Below, one piece after another: positions 1 through 12,119 of a stretch of DNA of 64,000 nt. The DNA is taken from the NCBI GenBank assembly GCA_008632985.1, contig QPGO01000109.1, positions 1-64,000 of the forward strand, written 5' to 3'. A program made the translations under genes and the position numbers. The notes under the pieces are model-generated. The model was not told where the DNA came from, made no database searches, and was given only the letters and a program-made list of their open reading frames with translations. Numbering within the stretch: position 1 is the stretch's first letter; every line of letters begins with the position of its first letter. The DNA is from Psammoneis japonica (lineage: Eukaryota).

Positions 1-259
1 CAATTTGCTGTTGCTGTCACAATTCTGCCTTTGTTTCACGGCCATGCCCTCTGCGTGGTTTTCTGCGCAAGCTCTGGCGCAGATGTCGCCTTTTTTGACG
101 GTGCAATGACGGCTTTCACCTGCCTGTTCAGACGTGTTCCTTTGTCAACATGCCATTGTTCTGTGATCATTGACAATCTTGTGCAGTGGAGAACGAATTG
201 CACCCAGCTCTCTTGGCTCAATCGCTCGACGTTTTTCTTGGTGTTTTTTGTTCTCGCGT

Positions 260-960
260 GCAAAGTTTCCACACAGGTCTCAGTGCAAATTCTGCGTGTT
301 CTGCAAGTCATTTCAGACGGACGACTCATCAAACTGCCGACTGCTCTCTCTCCATGCCTCTCAAGCATCAACGACCCCCCTTCTCTCTGTTGTCTGTTCA
401 AGTTTCCTGTGTTGTGTGGTGAACATCTTCCTGTCGTTGTTCCTTTCAGAAGTTTGAAGAAGAGACCAACTCAGTGTGCATTGGCCAATCTTCCTTGTGC
501 CGACAAGTCCACACAAGTTTCAGTGCAAGTTCTGCGTGTCAAGGAAATGTTTTCAAACGGCCGATCTCCCAATCACTCGACCGCTCTCCATCCACACCTG
601 CCAAGCTCCAAAGACCCCCCCTCTGCCTGCTGTCCTTTCAAGTTCTCTGCTTCATGCAGTGAACACCCTTCCATCTTTGCTGCTTCCAGAAGTGTGAATT
701 TGAGACCAACTCGGCTTGATTTGGCTTTTTGCCTTTTTGCCAATGCTTCCTGCCAAGTTCCTGCGCGAGACTCAGCACAAGTTCTGCATGTCATGAAAAC
801 ATTTTCTGATGGCCTGTTGTCCGATCATCTGACGGCTCTCCATCCATGCCTGCCAAGCTCCAGTGACTCCCCCTTTCCTCAGTGCCTTTTTGAGTTCTTT
901 GCTCTATGTCATGAACTCCTTTTTGTTGTTGCTGCTGCCAGAGGTTTGATTTTGAGAACA
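260..960. repeat. Three diverged tandem copies of a ~245-bp unit
   Basis: 'cagtgcaaattctgcgtgt' ~281, 'cagtgcaagttctgcgtgt' ~521, 'cagcacaagttctgcatgt' ~773, each with similar downstream sequence. Confidence 0.65.
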
Positions 961-1139
961 AATCGGTGGCTGGTGATGTTTTGGTCCCTGTTTGTGAAAT
1001 TTACGGTGTTTGCTCTGTTTCAGATCCCTTCTCACTTTGGAGTGTTCCAACATGGCTTGCTTCAGTGGAATGATCAGATCCAGTCAGAAGCAAAGAGCCA
1101 CTCCATTGCTGTGGTTTCAAGTGCTTTGAAGGTGCCAAA

Positions 1140-1531
1140 TCAATTTGCCGTTGCTGTCTGCGACACTGCTCCCAGCTGTTCCGGCGGGCATCATCATTTG
1201 TTGGTGACGCCCATCTTGGCTGGTCGCAATGCATTCCTGCCGCACACATGTGTGCTGGGGGTGTGGGTCAGCTTGTTGCCGGAGTTGCAGGGTGGAAGCG
1301 CAGCAGCACTTCAAACACAGAATTTTGGTTTTGTTTTTAATTTGCTGTTGCTGTCTGTGACACCACTCCCAACTGTTCCTGGCGGGCATCATCATTTGTT
1401 GGTGACACCCATCTTGGCCAATCGCAATGCATTCCGGCCACGCTGTTGGTGCGCTGGGGGTGTGGGTTGGCTTGTTGCCGGAGTTGCAGGGTGGAAGTGC
1501 AGCAGCACTTTAAATGCAGAATTTTGGTTTT
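1140..1531. repeat. Tandem duplication of ~195 bp
   Basis: 'ggcgggcatcatcatttgttggtgac...gttgcagggtggaag...agaattttggtttt' at ~1183-1332 and ~1381-1531. Confidence 0.75.
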
Positions 1532-1761
1532 GATGCCATGGCGCAAAAGGAGGAAGCGCACGCATGTGCCAGTGAGCGCCAAGGGTCAGTGAAGTCTGAT
1601 GGACAGGCAATGATGATGAACGCGACCAGGTGTGTCGCTTCAATTCATTCACACCAAACATCTCATCATGACGAGAACGCCATTGTGGACACTGATGACG
1701 ATGATTCTCTGCATCGCCACCTGGTTGCTCAGGCAAACGCATCTCCCACAACAACATTGAG

Positions 1762-2157
1762 GACGCGCTCCAGCTCTGGGTGGGACCTTGCACTGCTGAG
1801 CTGTGACATGTTTGTTTTTTGTCATCCGTCGCATGTTTCACGCGCACATTTCTGCGTGCTCTGTCACAAAAAATTGTTCCACACCCCTTTTTTTGCGAAG
1901 CCAAAGGCTTTCTGTTGACTGCACTCATGTTGACAAAAACACTCTGGGTGTGTTCTTCAATGTCTGAAGAACACACCCGGGCATGCTGCAAAGCACGTGT
2001 TTCAAGTGTGGAGGAGGAGATGCGTTTGCAAAATTGCCTCTTTTTCTGTTGGCGATCATTCACATGTTCATTGCCCAATGATTTTGCTGCAGAGCTTGCA
2101 CGCAGAATTCTGCGGGCCCAATGTCACAAAAAGTCCCACCTGGGGCTGGAACCCATC
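1762..2157. mobile_element. MITE, GAC...GTC family, copy 1 (396 bp), TSD TGAG
   Basis: TIR 'gacgcgctccagctctgggtgggac' / 'gtcccacctggggctggaacccatc'; TGAG at 1758-1761 and 2158-2161. Confidence 0.9.
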
Positions 2158-2259
2158 TGAGGGAGACGGGCTGCACAACCGGTGCAACCCAGACATCCAC
2201 CTGGATTGTGCCAAGCGGAAATGGGTGCATGCACTGTTGACCTGAAGTCGTGCATCAAC

Positions 2260-5200
2260 CATCACACCCGAGATGCTCTCCAAGAGGTGGAACATTGGTT
2301 TGACAGCCACCAAGAACACCCTCAGAGTGACGACCCAGGCAGGGGTCCGCAATGTCTGTGTGCCATCCGAGTGGAAAGTCTGGAAGAAAGCCCCGTGGCT
2401 TGAGTTCCCTGCTGTCAAGAGACACTTCTGCTCTGGCCAGATGTTTTCGAAGGTCAGGTCAATGCATGGCAAGATGGGAGGAAGCGCATTTGCCAACAGA
2501 AGAGGGCATGACAAGCTCCATCCTTGGAAGAGAAACAGGACCACCCGAATGCCATCATGTCTTTTGTGCATGACGTTGGCATTCCGCAAGTCCTTGTGTT
2601 GGATGGTGCACCGGAGATGGCAGAAGGCCAGACCAAGGAGATTTGCAAGGAATGCAGGATGCACCAGGAGGTGTCCACCCCGCACAGCCCCTGGCAGAAC
2701 CTGGCCGAGGCATCCATCCATGAGTTGAAGAAGAGAGTCCGAGTGACTCTGCGCCGGACTGGTGCTCACAGGCGACTTTGGTCCCGCAGTGCCAAATGGA
2801 CATGTGATGTCCAACGCATGATTGTGACTGCCAGCACATCAGACATGGGAGGACGAGTCCCAGAAGAAGAGGTGACAGGTTCAACACCTGACATTTCGTC
2901 GCTCTCTCTCTTTGATTGTTGTCAACCTGTCTGCTGTCACATGCCTGTGGCAGAGTTCCCACACAAGAAGAAGTGCATCGGCCATTGGCTTGGAGCAGCC
3001 GTCAACTGCAACTGCGCTGACGACATGGCATTTGTCATCCTCCCCGAATCAGGCAGACCCATCATTTGGAAAGATGTGCGGGCCATGCCGGAGGATGACC
3101 TTAAAACTCTGGCGATCAAAACGGATCTTGCGTCAGTCAATCAGGCCTTGATCGAATGACTTAACATCCCGGAACAGGGCGCCAATGCTGACTTCCCTGA
3201 ACTCCCTGATGACTTCATGGACGAGTGGGGCAATGCTGTCAAACCCATGGAGCCCGATGCTTCCAAACCAGAAGCTGATGAGCACACCCCGGAGGGGCCA
3301 GATGAACACCTCACAGCTCAAGTCATGTCACCACGTGGAGGCCAGCTGACTCATGCTGGGGTCATTGCACGCAAATGAGATGATGACGGGGTTCCCATTG
3401 GCGCTGGGAATGACAACCCTGTCCCAGACTTGAGGACACACGATGTGGAGTTTCCTGATGGATCCACTGTTTCCTGTGCCACTGACACAATTGCAAAGAA
3501 CCTGTTCACTCAGATGGACTCTGAAGGGAATGACTGCCAGATCATGAAGGAGACAGTCAATCACCAATGTGATGCCCGTGCCACAATGGCTGATGACAGG
3601 TGCATGACAACTGAGACTGGCAGGCATGCTCCTGGGAGGATGACTGCAGGCTGGGACCTGCAAGTCAAATGGAAGGACGGGACTGCATCCTGGGTTCCCC
3701 TCAAGGATTTGAAGGAATCTGACCCAGTCGAGGTTGCTGAGTGCGCTGCAGCAAACAAGGCAGCTGGTGGGCCATCTTTTAACTGGTGGGTCCGAGACAT
3801 CTTGCGTCACAGGTCAAGGATCCTGAAGAAAGTCAAGTCGCGTTGCTGGAAACGCACGCACAAGTTCAGAGTTGAGCTCCCAAAATCCGTTGAGGAAGCT
3901 GTGGAGACAGACAACAGAGTGGGGGCTGACTTTTGGTTCAAGGCCATTGAGAAGGAAATGCGCAACGTCATGCATGTGTTCGAATTCTGTGATGATGACA
4001 CTGCACCGGTCGGGCACAATCACATTGATTGTCACATGATCTTTGACATCAAGAGCACCCTCCAACGCAAAGCAAGGTTTGTGGCCGGAGGCCATCAAAC
4101 CGATCCACCCAAGGAATTGACTTGTTCCAGTGTGGCATCACATGACAGCGGTGGGACAGCATTCACTGCAGCAGAGCTCTGAATGACCTGGAGGTCCTGA
4201 GTGCTGACGCTCAGAGTGCCCACTTGAACGCACACACTGAGGAGAAGTGTTGCACTGCTGCTGGCCTGGAATTTGGGAAGCACAACAAAGGAAGGCCGGC
4301 AATTGTTGTCTGAGCCTTGTGTGGTCTCAAGTCTTCAGGTGCGAGATTCAGGGAACACATGGCAGCCACCTTGCATGACGCTGGGTTCGAGTCTTGCAAG
4401 GCTGACCCGGATGTCTGGATGTGAGCTGCGGTCAAGCCAGGTGGCTTCAAGCACTGGGAACATGTGCTTGTGTGCATGGATGACTTGTTGTGCATCTCCC
4501 ATGAACCTCAGAAGGTCATGGATCATGTGAGCTCCAGGCATGGGCTCAAGGATGGAAGTGTCTGCGAGCCGGAAGAGTGCTTGGGTGCCCAGATCAGAAA
4601 GTGCCAGTTGTCTGACTTGGATGGCAAGACGCGCTGGGCCATGTCCTCTGACCTTTGTGTCAAAAGGGCATTGGCCGATGTTGAGTTGGAGCTCAAGAAA
4701 ACTGGCGGGCCTTCCGACAAAGGTGTTGATGCCCTTGAGCTCAGGGCATGGGCCTGAGCTGGATGGCTCACCTGAGTTGAGTGCCAAAATGGCCAACTGC
4801 TGCCAAGGCCTTGTTGGTGTGCTGCGATGGACAGTTGAGCTGAGGCGAGTGGACATTTTTGTCGCTTCCTCACTCATGTTTTCCTGCTTGGCAGCACCAC
4901 GAGTTCAACACCTGGGCGAGGTGCTCCATGTCTTTACATGCTTGAAGGCTTGCTCCAAGTCTGCACCAGTGTTCGACGACGCTGAGCCGGTCTTTGATGA
5001 GAGTCGTTTTGCCAAGTGCAACTGGGGAGAACATTGTCCTGGTGCGGCTGAACCAATTCCGCCGAACATGCCAGAAGCACGTGGGAACAGCATGACTGCT
5101 GCTTGCTTTGTTGGCGCTGATCATGCCGGATGCTGTGTGACGTGCAGGCCCCACGCTGGGATCCTGACATTCAACAACAAGCTCCCATCTTGTGTTGCTC

Positions 5201-5560
5201 TGAGCGGCAGAATGCCATGGAATCATCCACTTTTGGGTCGGAGTTCATGGCAATGAAGACTGCAGTGGAGCAAATTGAAGCCTTGCGTTGCAAGCTTCGG
5301 ATGCTGGGAATCCCCGCGGATGGAGCCACTGATGTCGTCTGCGACAATGAAGCTGTCTTCAAGAACTCAACTGAGCCGGAGTCTGCTTTGAAGAAGAAGC
5401 ACAGTGCGATTGCCTGTCACAGGACTCGTGAGGCACAAGCCGCTGGAACAGCGTGCATTGCTTGGAAAGACGGGTGCACGAATTTGGTGGATGTGCCAAC
5501 CAAGTTTGTTGCCTGGGCTGAAGCTCCGGGAAATTGCAAGCCATGTCCTGTGGCAAGTCC
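2260..5560 (+). pseudogene. Copia A pol (integrase, RT, RNase H) with frameshifts and stops
   Basis: 'MLSKRWNIGLTATKNTLRVTTQ', 'PHSPWQNLAEASIHELKK', 'CHMIFDIK..RKARFVAGGH', 'ALCGLKSSGARFR', 'LVCMDDLLCIS' (YxDD), 'CDNEAVFKNSTEPESALKKKHSAIACHR'. Confidence 0.9.
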
Positions 5561-5706
5561 CAAAAGGGGACAAACAGAATGGGTTTGCCACGCATGTGTG
5601 GCTTTTCTCATCCCCAAACGAAAATGATGCCCTGGAGCAGGGCAGCATCAGGTTGCACTTGTCTGTCAATCTGGCCCAAGTGGAGCCAGCATGAGTTCAA
5701 GGGGGC

Positions 5707-5890
5707 TGAACAAATGCTGGCACACTGTCACGAATGCTGGCAATTCACACACCATTGGCAATTGGTCCACTGTCACTCATTTGGTGGTCCCAGCAGCGTG
5801 ACATCTCACAACTGTGGAACCTGCTGATGCTGTCCAACACTCTGTCTTGTCTCACACCCAATTCTTGGTTGTCATGGCAGTGTTTGTTCA
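5707..5890 (+). repeat. 3' LTR of Copia A (184 bp)
   Basis: Starts TGAACAAA right after the PPT and ends TTTGTTCA (8-bp inverted termini, TG...CA). Confidence 0.8.
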
Positions 5891-7410
5891 ATCGCAAAGG
5901 CCAAAAAATCACAAAGGGCACAAAATGGCCAAGGGTGCAAAATCACAAAGGGTGCAAAATCACAAAGGGCGCAAAATGGCGGAAAAGGGCGCAAAATCAC
6001 AAAGGGCGCAAAATCACAAAGGGCACAAAATGGCCAAGGGCACAAATTCACAAAGGGTGCATGGTCACAAAGGGTGCAAAATCACAAAGGGTGCAAAATG
6101 GCAGCAAAGGGTGCAAAATCACAAAGGGCACAAAATGGCGGCAAAGGGTGCAAAATCACAAAGGGTGCAAAATGGCCAAGGGTGCAAAATCACAGAGGGT
6201 GCAAAATCACAAAGGGTGCAAAATGGTGGCAAAGGGTGCAAAATCACAAAGGGTGCAAAATCACAAAGGAAGCAAGGTGGCCAAGGGCGCAAAATCACAA
6301 AGGGCGCAAAATGGCAGCAAAGGGTGCAAAATCACAAAGGGTGCAAAATGGCGGCAAAGGGTGCAAAATCACAAAGGGTGCAAAATGGCCAAGGGTGCAA
6401 AATCACAAAGGGCGGAAAATGGCGGCAAAGGGCTCAAAATCACAAAGGGTGCAAAATGGCCAAGGGTGCAAAATCACAAAGGGTGCAAAATCACAAAGGG
6501 TGCAAAATGGCCAAGAACGCAAAATCACAAAGGGCGCAAAATGGCGGCAAAGGGCACAAAATCACAAAGGGCGCAAAATGGCGGCAAAGGGCACAAAATC
6601 ACAAAGGGCGCAAAATCGCAAAGGGTGCGAAATGGCAGCAAAGGGTGCAAAATGACAAAGGGCGCAAAATGGCGGCAAAGGGCGCAAAGTCACAAAGGGT
6701 GCAAAATGGCCAAGGGTGCAAAATCACAAAGGGCGGAAAATGGCGGCAAAGGGCTCAAAATCACAAAGGGCGCAAAATGGCCGAGGGCACAAAATTACAA
6801 AGGGTGCAAAATCACAAAGGGTGCAAAATGGCAGCAAAGGGCACAAAATCACAAAGGGTGCAACACAGCGGCAAAGGGTGCAAAATCACAAAGGGTGCAA
6901 AATGGCCAAGGGCGCAAAGTCGCAAAGGGCTCAAAATCACAAAGGGTGCAAAATGGCCAAGGGTGCAAAATCACAAAGGGTGCAAAATGGCCAAGGGTGC
7001 AAAATCACAAAGGGCGCAAAATGGCGGCAAAGGGCACAAAATCACAAAGGGCGCAAAATGTCGGCAAAGGGTGCAAAATCACAAAGGGTGAAAAATCGCA
7101 AAGGGTGCAAAATCACAAAGGGAGCAAAATGGCCAAGGGCGCAAAATCACAAAGGGTGCAAAATGGCAGCAAAGGGTGCAAAATCACAAAGGGCGCAAAA
7201 TCGCAAAGGGTGCAAAATGGCAGCAAAGGGTGCAAAATCACAAAGGGCGCAAAGTGGCGGCAAAGGGTGCAAAATCACAAAGGGCGCAAAATCGCAAAGG
7301 GTGCAAAATGGCAGCAAAGGGTGCAAAATCACAAAGGGCGGAAAATGGTGGCAAAGGGCTCAAAATCACAAAGGGTGCAAAATGGCCAAGGGTGCAAAAT
7401 GGCGGCAAAG
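5891..7410. repeat. Minisatellite of 17/20-bp units (caaaatcacaaagggtg, caaaatggccaagggtg, caaaatggcggcaaagggtg)
   Basis: Directly visible ~1.5-kb tandem array. Confidence 0.95.
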
Positions 7411-8228
7411 CTTCATTTGAATCTTTCACATTGCTCTTCTTTTTGGCAGCTCACTTCTCTGTTTTTTCTTCTAGAAAATCAGATGAGCCAGTTTGTGTTT
7501 GAGGTCATTTGTGGTCCGCTTTCCCACTTCCTTTTCCCCTTTTCCATTTCCTTTTCCATTCTCAGCTTTGCTTTCCTTTTGGCCTTTGCTTTCAGCCTTT
7601 GCCCACTGCCCATTGCCCGAGCCCTGACCCCAACTGGCACACGAACCCCTTTTTGGTGGACGATCAATTGGCGAGTGGAGCAAGCATTCAAGTGTGCACC
7701 AGTTGGTTGACAGGTGCCTGTCAAAGACCATCGACACAACGGACAGCAATGAAGAGGTGACGCACAAGTTGAAGGCAGAATTCACCAAATTGAACAAACA
7801 GCGTGGCGCCGTTGCTTGTGCCATCGCTTGCATGCAGCTGAACAAAAATGTGAGCGTGCAATGATCAAGGCAACACTCATCCACCAGAATCATTTCAACA
7901 CCCCCCAATGTGAGTGCTTGGAGCTCAACAAAGGTGGGTTTGACAGAGGCCAGGACATCAATCATTCTCAAAAAACTGGAGTTTCCAAGCAGACTGCTGA
8001 ATCTCAGCCGTCAGCTGCGAGGCAGCAGGAAAATCCTGAGGTTGACGGTGTCGAGACGAATGAAATGACAGGAACTTCTGGTCGGTCAGGTGAGTGGGGC
8101 GAAATGGAGCCAGCGATGGTCCCAAAATGACACAGTCTGCACCTCACACGTCGATTCTGAACATGATGCAGAAAATGCCGAGTCGGTTGAACATGAGCAA
8201 GGCATCATTTCTGAAAGTTTGAAAGACG

Positions 8229-9437
8229 ATGAATGCACAGTCCCAGAAGGAACCGAGATTCAGGAAGATGCGACGAATGGTGATGCAGCACGAGATGCAG
8301 CCAGCGACAAGCTGGAAAAAGACGACCTTGCATCTGTGCAACAAAAGGGCCATGGTGATGGCCAGAAGGCAGAAGAAGGCAAGTCTGAAGAGGGACAGAA
8401 GACATCGTCAGGTGAAGCATTTCGAACAGGCGAGCAAAGGCGAAATGGAACCAGCCACGGTCCCAAATGGCACTGTCTTTGTTTCTCACGTAAAACCTTT
8501 CGAACGCTGTGCAGACAAACAAGACTTGGACGAAATGGACCCAGCACTGGACCCAAATGGCTCGCCCCATGCTGGGCAGGACATTTCTGGAAATGTGCAA
8601 GACCATGGCTCCTTTCCAGTCCAAGACGACAATGGCGAGATGCAGGGATCACAAGACAGCATTGAGGATCCCGCTGCATCTCTGAATTCACACGAAGCCT
8701 CAGAGGGTGATCAGTCTGAAGCGGCTTCTCAAGAATTTGACAGTGCATCTGAAGAACTGAGTGCAGCTGGAGAGGAAATCCTGGCGGAAGAGGAAAGCAA
8801 AGCTGAAGAGAAATGCCAGGAGGAAGTTGAGAAGGAGGATGTGGAGTCGTCAGGCAACAATGATGATGGGAAACGCGGTGACGGCAACAAGAGAGCAAGC
8901 AGGCAAAACCGTGAGGGAGATCGTCAGAAAAAAAATTCTCACAAGAACGATCGTGACGACGAAGACAAAGCCAACAAGCGAAGCAGAACGGAAAAGGTGC
9001 GGAAAGAATTGTCCCAGAACAAAGAGCACAACAATGATGGAGATGCAGAAGGATTTCCAAAGGCAATCGAGCAGGACCAAGAGTCTGAAACAGCAAGCGT
9101 TGTCAGCGATGGATCTGATGCACCAGAACTCCCTGTTGTCAGCAATCAAAAGGCAGCTGTCGCTGCCTTGAAGGAAAGGGATCCAGCAATGGCAACAGTC
9201 AAAACATTTGCCACATCACAAGAGCAGGCAGAGAGTTGTCTGTTTGTTTTTGGAAAAGACGAGACAGGAAGCCAAAGCCAAGAAGAAAAAAGCAGATTCC
9301 GGAAAGAAAAGAAAGACAGAGGGCCTCGCTGCTCCACCAAAGTCAAAAAAAAAAGAGGGGGGTTGTCGCTGCCACGCCCCGTTCCTCTGCAAGAAATCAG
9401 AGCAAGAGAAAGACGGGCTGAAACATCAACCGTGTAA
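8229..9437 (+). other. Acidic/charged low-complexity ORF remnant of unknown origin, probably repeat-derived
   Basis: 402-aa E/D/K-rich ORF without Tyr in TpA-depleted DNA; no recognisable domain. Confidence 0.3.
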
Positions 9438-9770
9438 AACCACAATCGTTGCATGTGTTGAAATTCGTCTGTGTTTGCACACCCAGTGTTTCAACTGACT
9501 TGTCAAAATGACATTGCAGTTGTGGACAGCAAACCAGTGTCCAATCCCAAAAATCATTGGCAACTCCAGTTGCAGGTCGAAATGGGTCCAGTGTTGGTCC
9601 CAAAATGGCGCAGTCTGTCCATCACCTGGCAACCGAAATGGGTCCAGCAAAGGTCCCAAATGGGCAGTCTGTGTGTCGTACGTCGCCATTTTATGATTAA
9701 AAACATTGACGGGACGATGCACAGACTCTTGCCCCAACCCAAAACCGAGCCAAAAAGATGTGTGCACTGA

Positions 9771-9871
9771 CCCCCAAACCCCAACCCCCAAACCCCAACC
9801 CAAGGCCCCAACCCCAACCCCAACCCAACCCCAACCCTGACCCCAACCCTGATCCCAGCCCTGACCCCAAC
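9771..9871 (+). repeat. Degenerate telomere-type (CCCTAA)n array reading CCCCAA/CCCTGA
   Basis: 'ccccaaccccaacccaaccccaaccctgaccccaaccctgatcccagccctgaccccaa'; shorter arrays at ~10965-11005 and ~30335-30364. Confidence 0.75.
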
Positions 9872-9955
9872 ACGGTTGGCAAGGAGCTGGGCCACGGCGA
9901 CGCCATGCACAGGGTCGAATTGATCCTGCCAAAGCTGGCGTCCATTCGAGGGGAC

Positions 9956-10131
9956 TGAGTGAGTGCAGTCACACTGTCGCTGAACATGGCATTTGGCGAA
10001 GACCATCACTGTCGCTGACACAGAGGGTGGCACAGAACAACCTTGCAATTTTCTGGAACCTGTTGATTGCTGCACCAACATTTTCTGTCGCATCTTGTCA
10101 AATTCCCAGAGACTGCAGCGTGAATTGCTCA
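9956..10131 (+). repeat. Duplicated 3' LTR of Copia B (176 bp) with PPT
   Basis: Preceded by 'gaggggac'; TGAG...CTCA ends; followed by TTGC and the same flank as 29589-29764. Confidence 0.9.
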
Positions 10132-10900
10132 TTGCAATGGCACCAGTGCCCCTCACTGCCAGACGCCAGGCTTCGCGGATGCTTGACTTGAACATTGGTC
10201 AAGCCATGGCCAACCAGCTGCGCAGTCTGTGGGTCAAACAAGTGTCTGCATGAAAAGTTCACCAGGCTGTCTCCAGACTGCCCTCTCAAATGGAACATCA
10301 TGACGGAGTCAACTTTTCACATTGCAGTCAACTTGTTGGTTTTGCACGTCCTCAGTCGGCATCACCCTGAGGTGATGTTGTGCCAAAACAACTTGCAATG
10401 GTGCCAGTGCCCCTCACTGCCAGACGCCAGGCTCTTCGCGGATGCTTGACTTGAACATTGGTTGAGCCATGGCCAACCAGCTGCGCAATCTGTGGGTCGA
10501 ACAAGTGAGATGCTCCTCCACTGAGCTGAGCAACTCGGATCGATTGCAAGCTGAACAATTGCCTGCCTTGGAATGGATGGCTTGTGCTTCTGCCTTGGCG
10601 CCACGGTGCTGTGAGGACTTTCTTGTGCCCAGATTGTGCCCATGTGCAGTGTTGTCATGGAGTGTTCCCACCATTGGAGCCACACAAAACTGCCAATCGC
10701 AGCGGCCCAATCTGAGTGCTTTTCCATGTTCAACAAGGAGCGGCACAATCCAGTTGACAGCGAGCATGATGGCTGAGCTTTGTTCCACAAAGACGAGAAG
10801 CGCCCATTAAAAATCTGTCTCCAACCAATTTTGTCTTGAGCTTGAAACACTGCCGCAGCACTTTGATGGACATTTGCTGAGCACAACACCTTGTCGTGAA
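10132..10900 (-). pseudogene. C-terminal fragment of a non-LTR (LINE-like) ORF; paralog at ~29765-30280
   Basis: 'QAQDKIGWRQIFNGRFSSLW...WAAAIGSFVWLQWWE' resembles the QxxIGWxxxxxGR..W tail of diatom non-LTR elements (from memory). Confidence 0.55.
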
Positions 10901-11008
10901 ACCAACACACAAAAAACATTGTCATGTTGACAGACAAGATGTCATGTGCCAAAGATTCAGAAACAAACCCCAACCCCAAACCCAACCCCAAACCCAAGCC
11001 TGACCCTT

Positions 11009-11470
11009 TTTGCATTTTTGCATTTCCACATTTCCGTGTTTTCGTGTTTTTCTGCATTCCCACATTTCTGCATTTCTGCACTTCTGCATTTCTGCATTTT
11101 TGCATTTCCACATTTCCACATTTCCACATTTCTGCATTTCCGCATTTCCGCGTTTGGGCATTTTCGCATTTCCTCATTTCCTCATTTTCGAATTTCCGCA
11201 TTTCCGCATTTCCGCACTTTTGCATTTCCGCATTTCCGCATTTCCGCATTTTCGCATTTCCGCATTTTCGCGTTTTCGCATTTTCGCACTTCTGCACTCA
11301 CGCATTTGCGCATTTTCGCACTTCCGCATTTTCGCACTTCTGCATTTCCGCATTTCCGCATTTTCGCATTTCCACATTTTCGCGTTTCTGCATTTTTGCA
11401 TTTTCGCACTTCTGCACCCGCGCATTTGCACATTTGCACATTTGTGCATTTGCGCTTTTGTGCGTTTGTG
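11009..11470. repeat. 8-bp satellite (tttYcgca)n; also ~12435-12550, 13429-13530
   Basis: Visible 'catttccgcatttccgcattttcg' arrays. Confidence 0.95.
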
Positions 11471-12119
11471 CACCTCCATGCACTGAAGGGACACAGCCCA
11501 CTGGCAAGGGCGCTGATCAAACAAGATTTGTGGTGCAAGTGTTTGGGGCTGGGGGTGCCAGAGCAAAGCCAACGGGGCAACTGCCACAAATGCCTTGGGA
11601 AAGCAGAGCAGGGTTTGTTGCTTCAAACAACACATGTGTTTGGGCAGAATGGAGTGCAGCGCCGGTGGTGTGGACGGCAACACAAGGGAAGGAGACGAGG
11701 AGGCATGCGCCCACAAAAATGGAGCTGACGTGGAGCGGACACATCAGCAACAAAAGAGACATCACCTGCAGCTGTGGATTGAAGGACACTCATGATGAAA
11801 CCAGGTCAAGCAAAATGGCTTCTGTGGCACGTCAACAAAAGCGTGCGTGGTGCGGGAATGGTGCACTGGGGGAGAGAGGTTGACATGCTCACCCAACATG
11901 CTGTGACCCCCAATGTGCAGAGCCGAGGATGAGCACATCATGGGGGACAAATGGGCTTCCCCATGGTGCAGAGACGGATTTCACTGATTTGTCCCCTCGC
12001 GCGCCGCATCTTGGCTTTTTTGTAAAGTGCAACAACAACAACATGAGGGCAACTGTGACAACAACTTGAGTCACAAGGGTGGCACAACTGCTGCCGCTGC
12101 CACCGCCATTTTTCCATTC

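Larger units (their letters stand above)
1530..5890 (+). mobile_element. Ty1/Copia (CoDi-like) LTR retrotransposon A, 5'-truncated, degenerate
   Basis: Integrase-RT-RNase H order, PPT 'aagggggc' then 3' LTR. No gag or 5' LTR seen; left boundary approximate; interrupted by MITE 1762-2157. Confidence 0.9.

Noticed and set aside
31..1533. 500-aa ORF as a real gene
   Set aside because: Non-ATG start, no Tyr, built from tandem repeats; open because TAA/TAG are depleted.
5891..7410. CRISPR array
   Set aside because: Contiguous units with no unique spacers, no cas genes, eukaryotic context.
5734..7710. Long K/G/Q-rich ORFs (658, 425 aa)
   Set aside because: Translations of a TA-free minisatellite, open in several frames.
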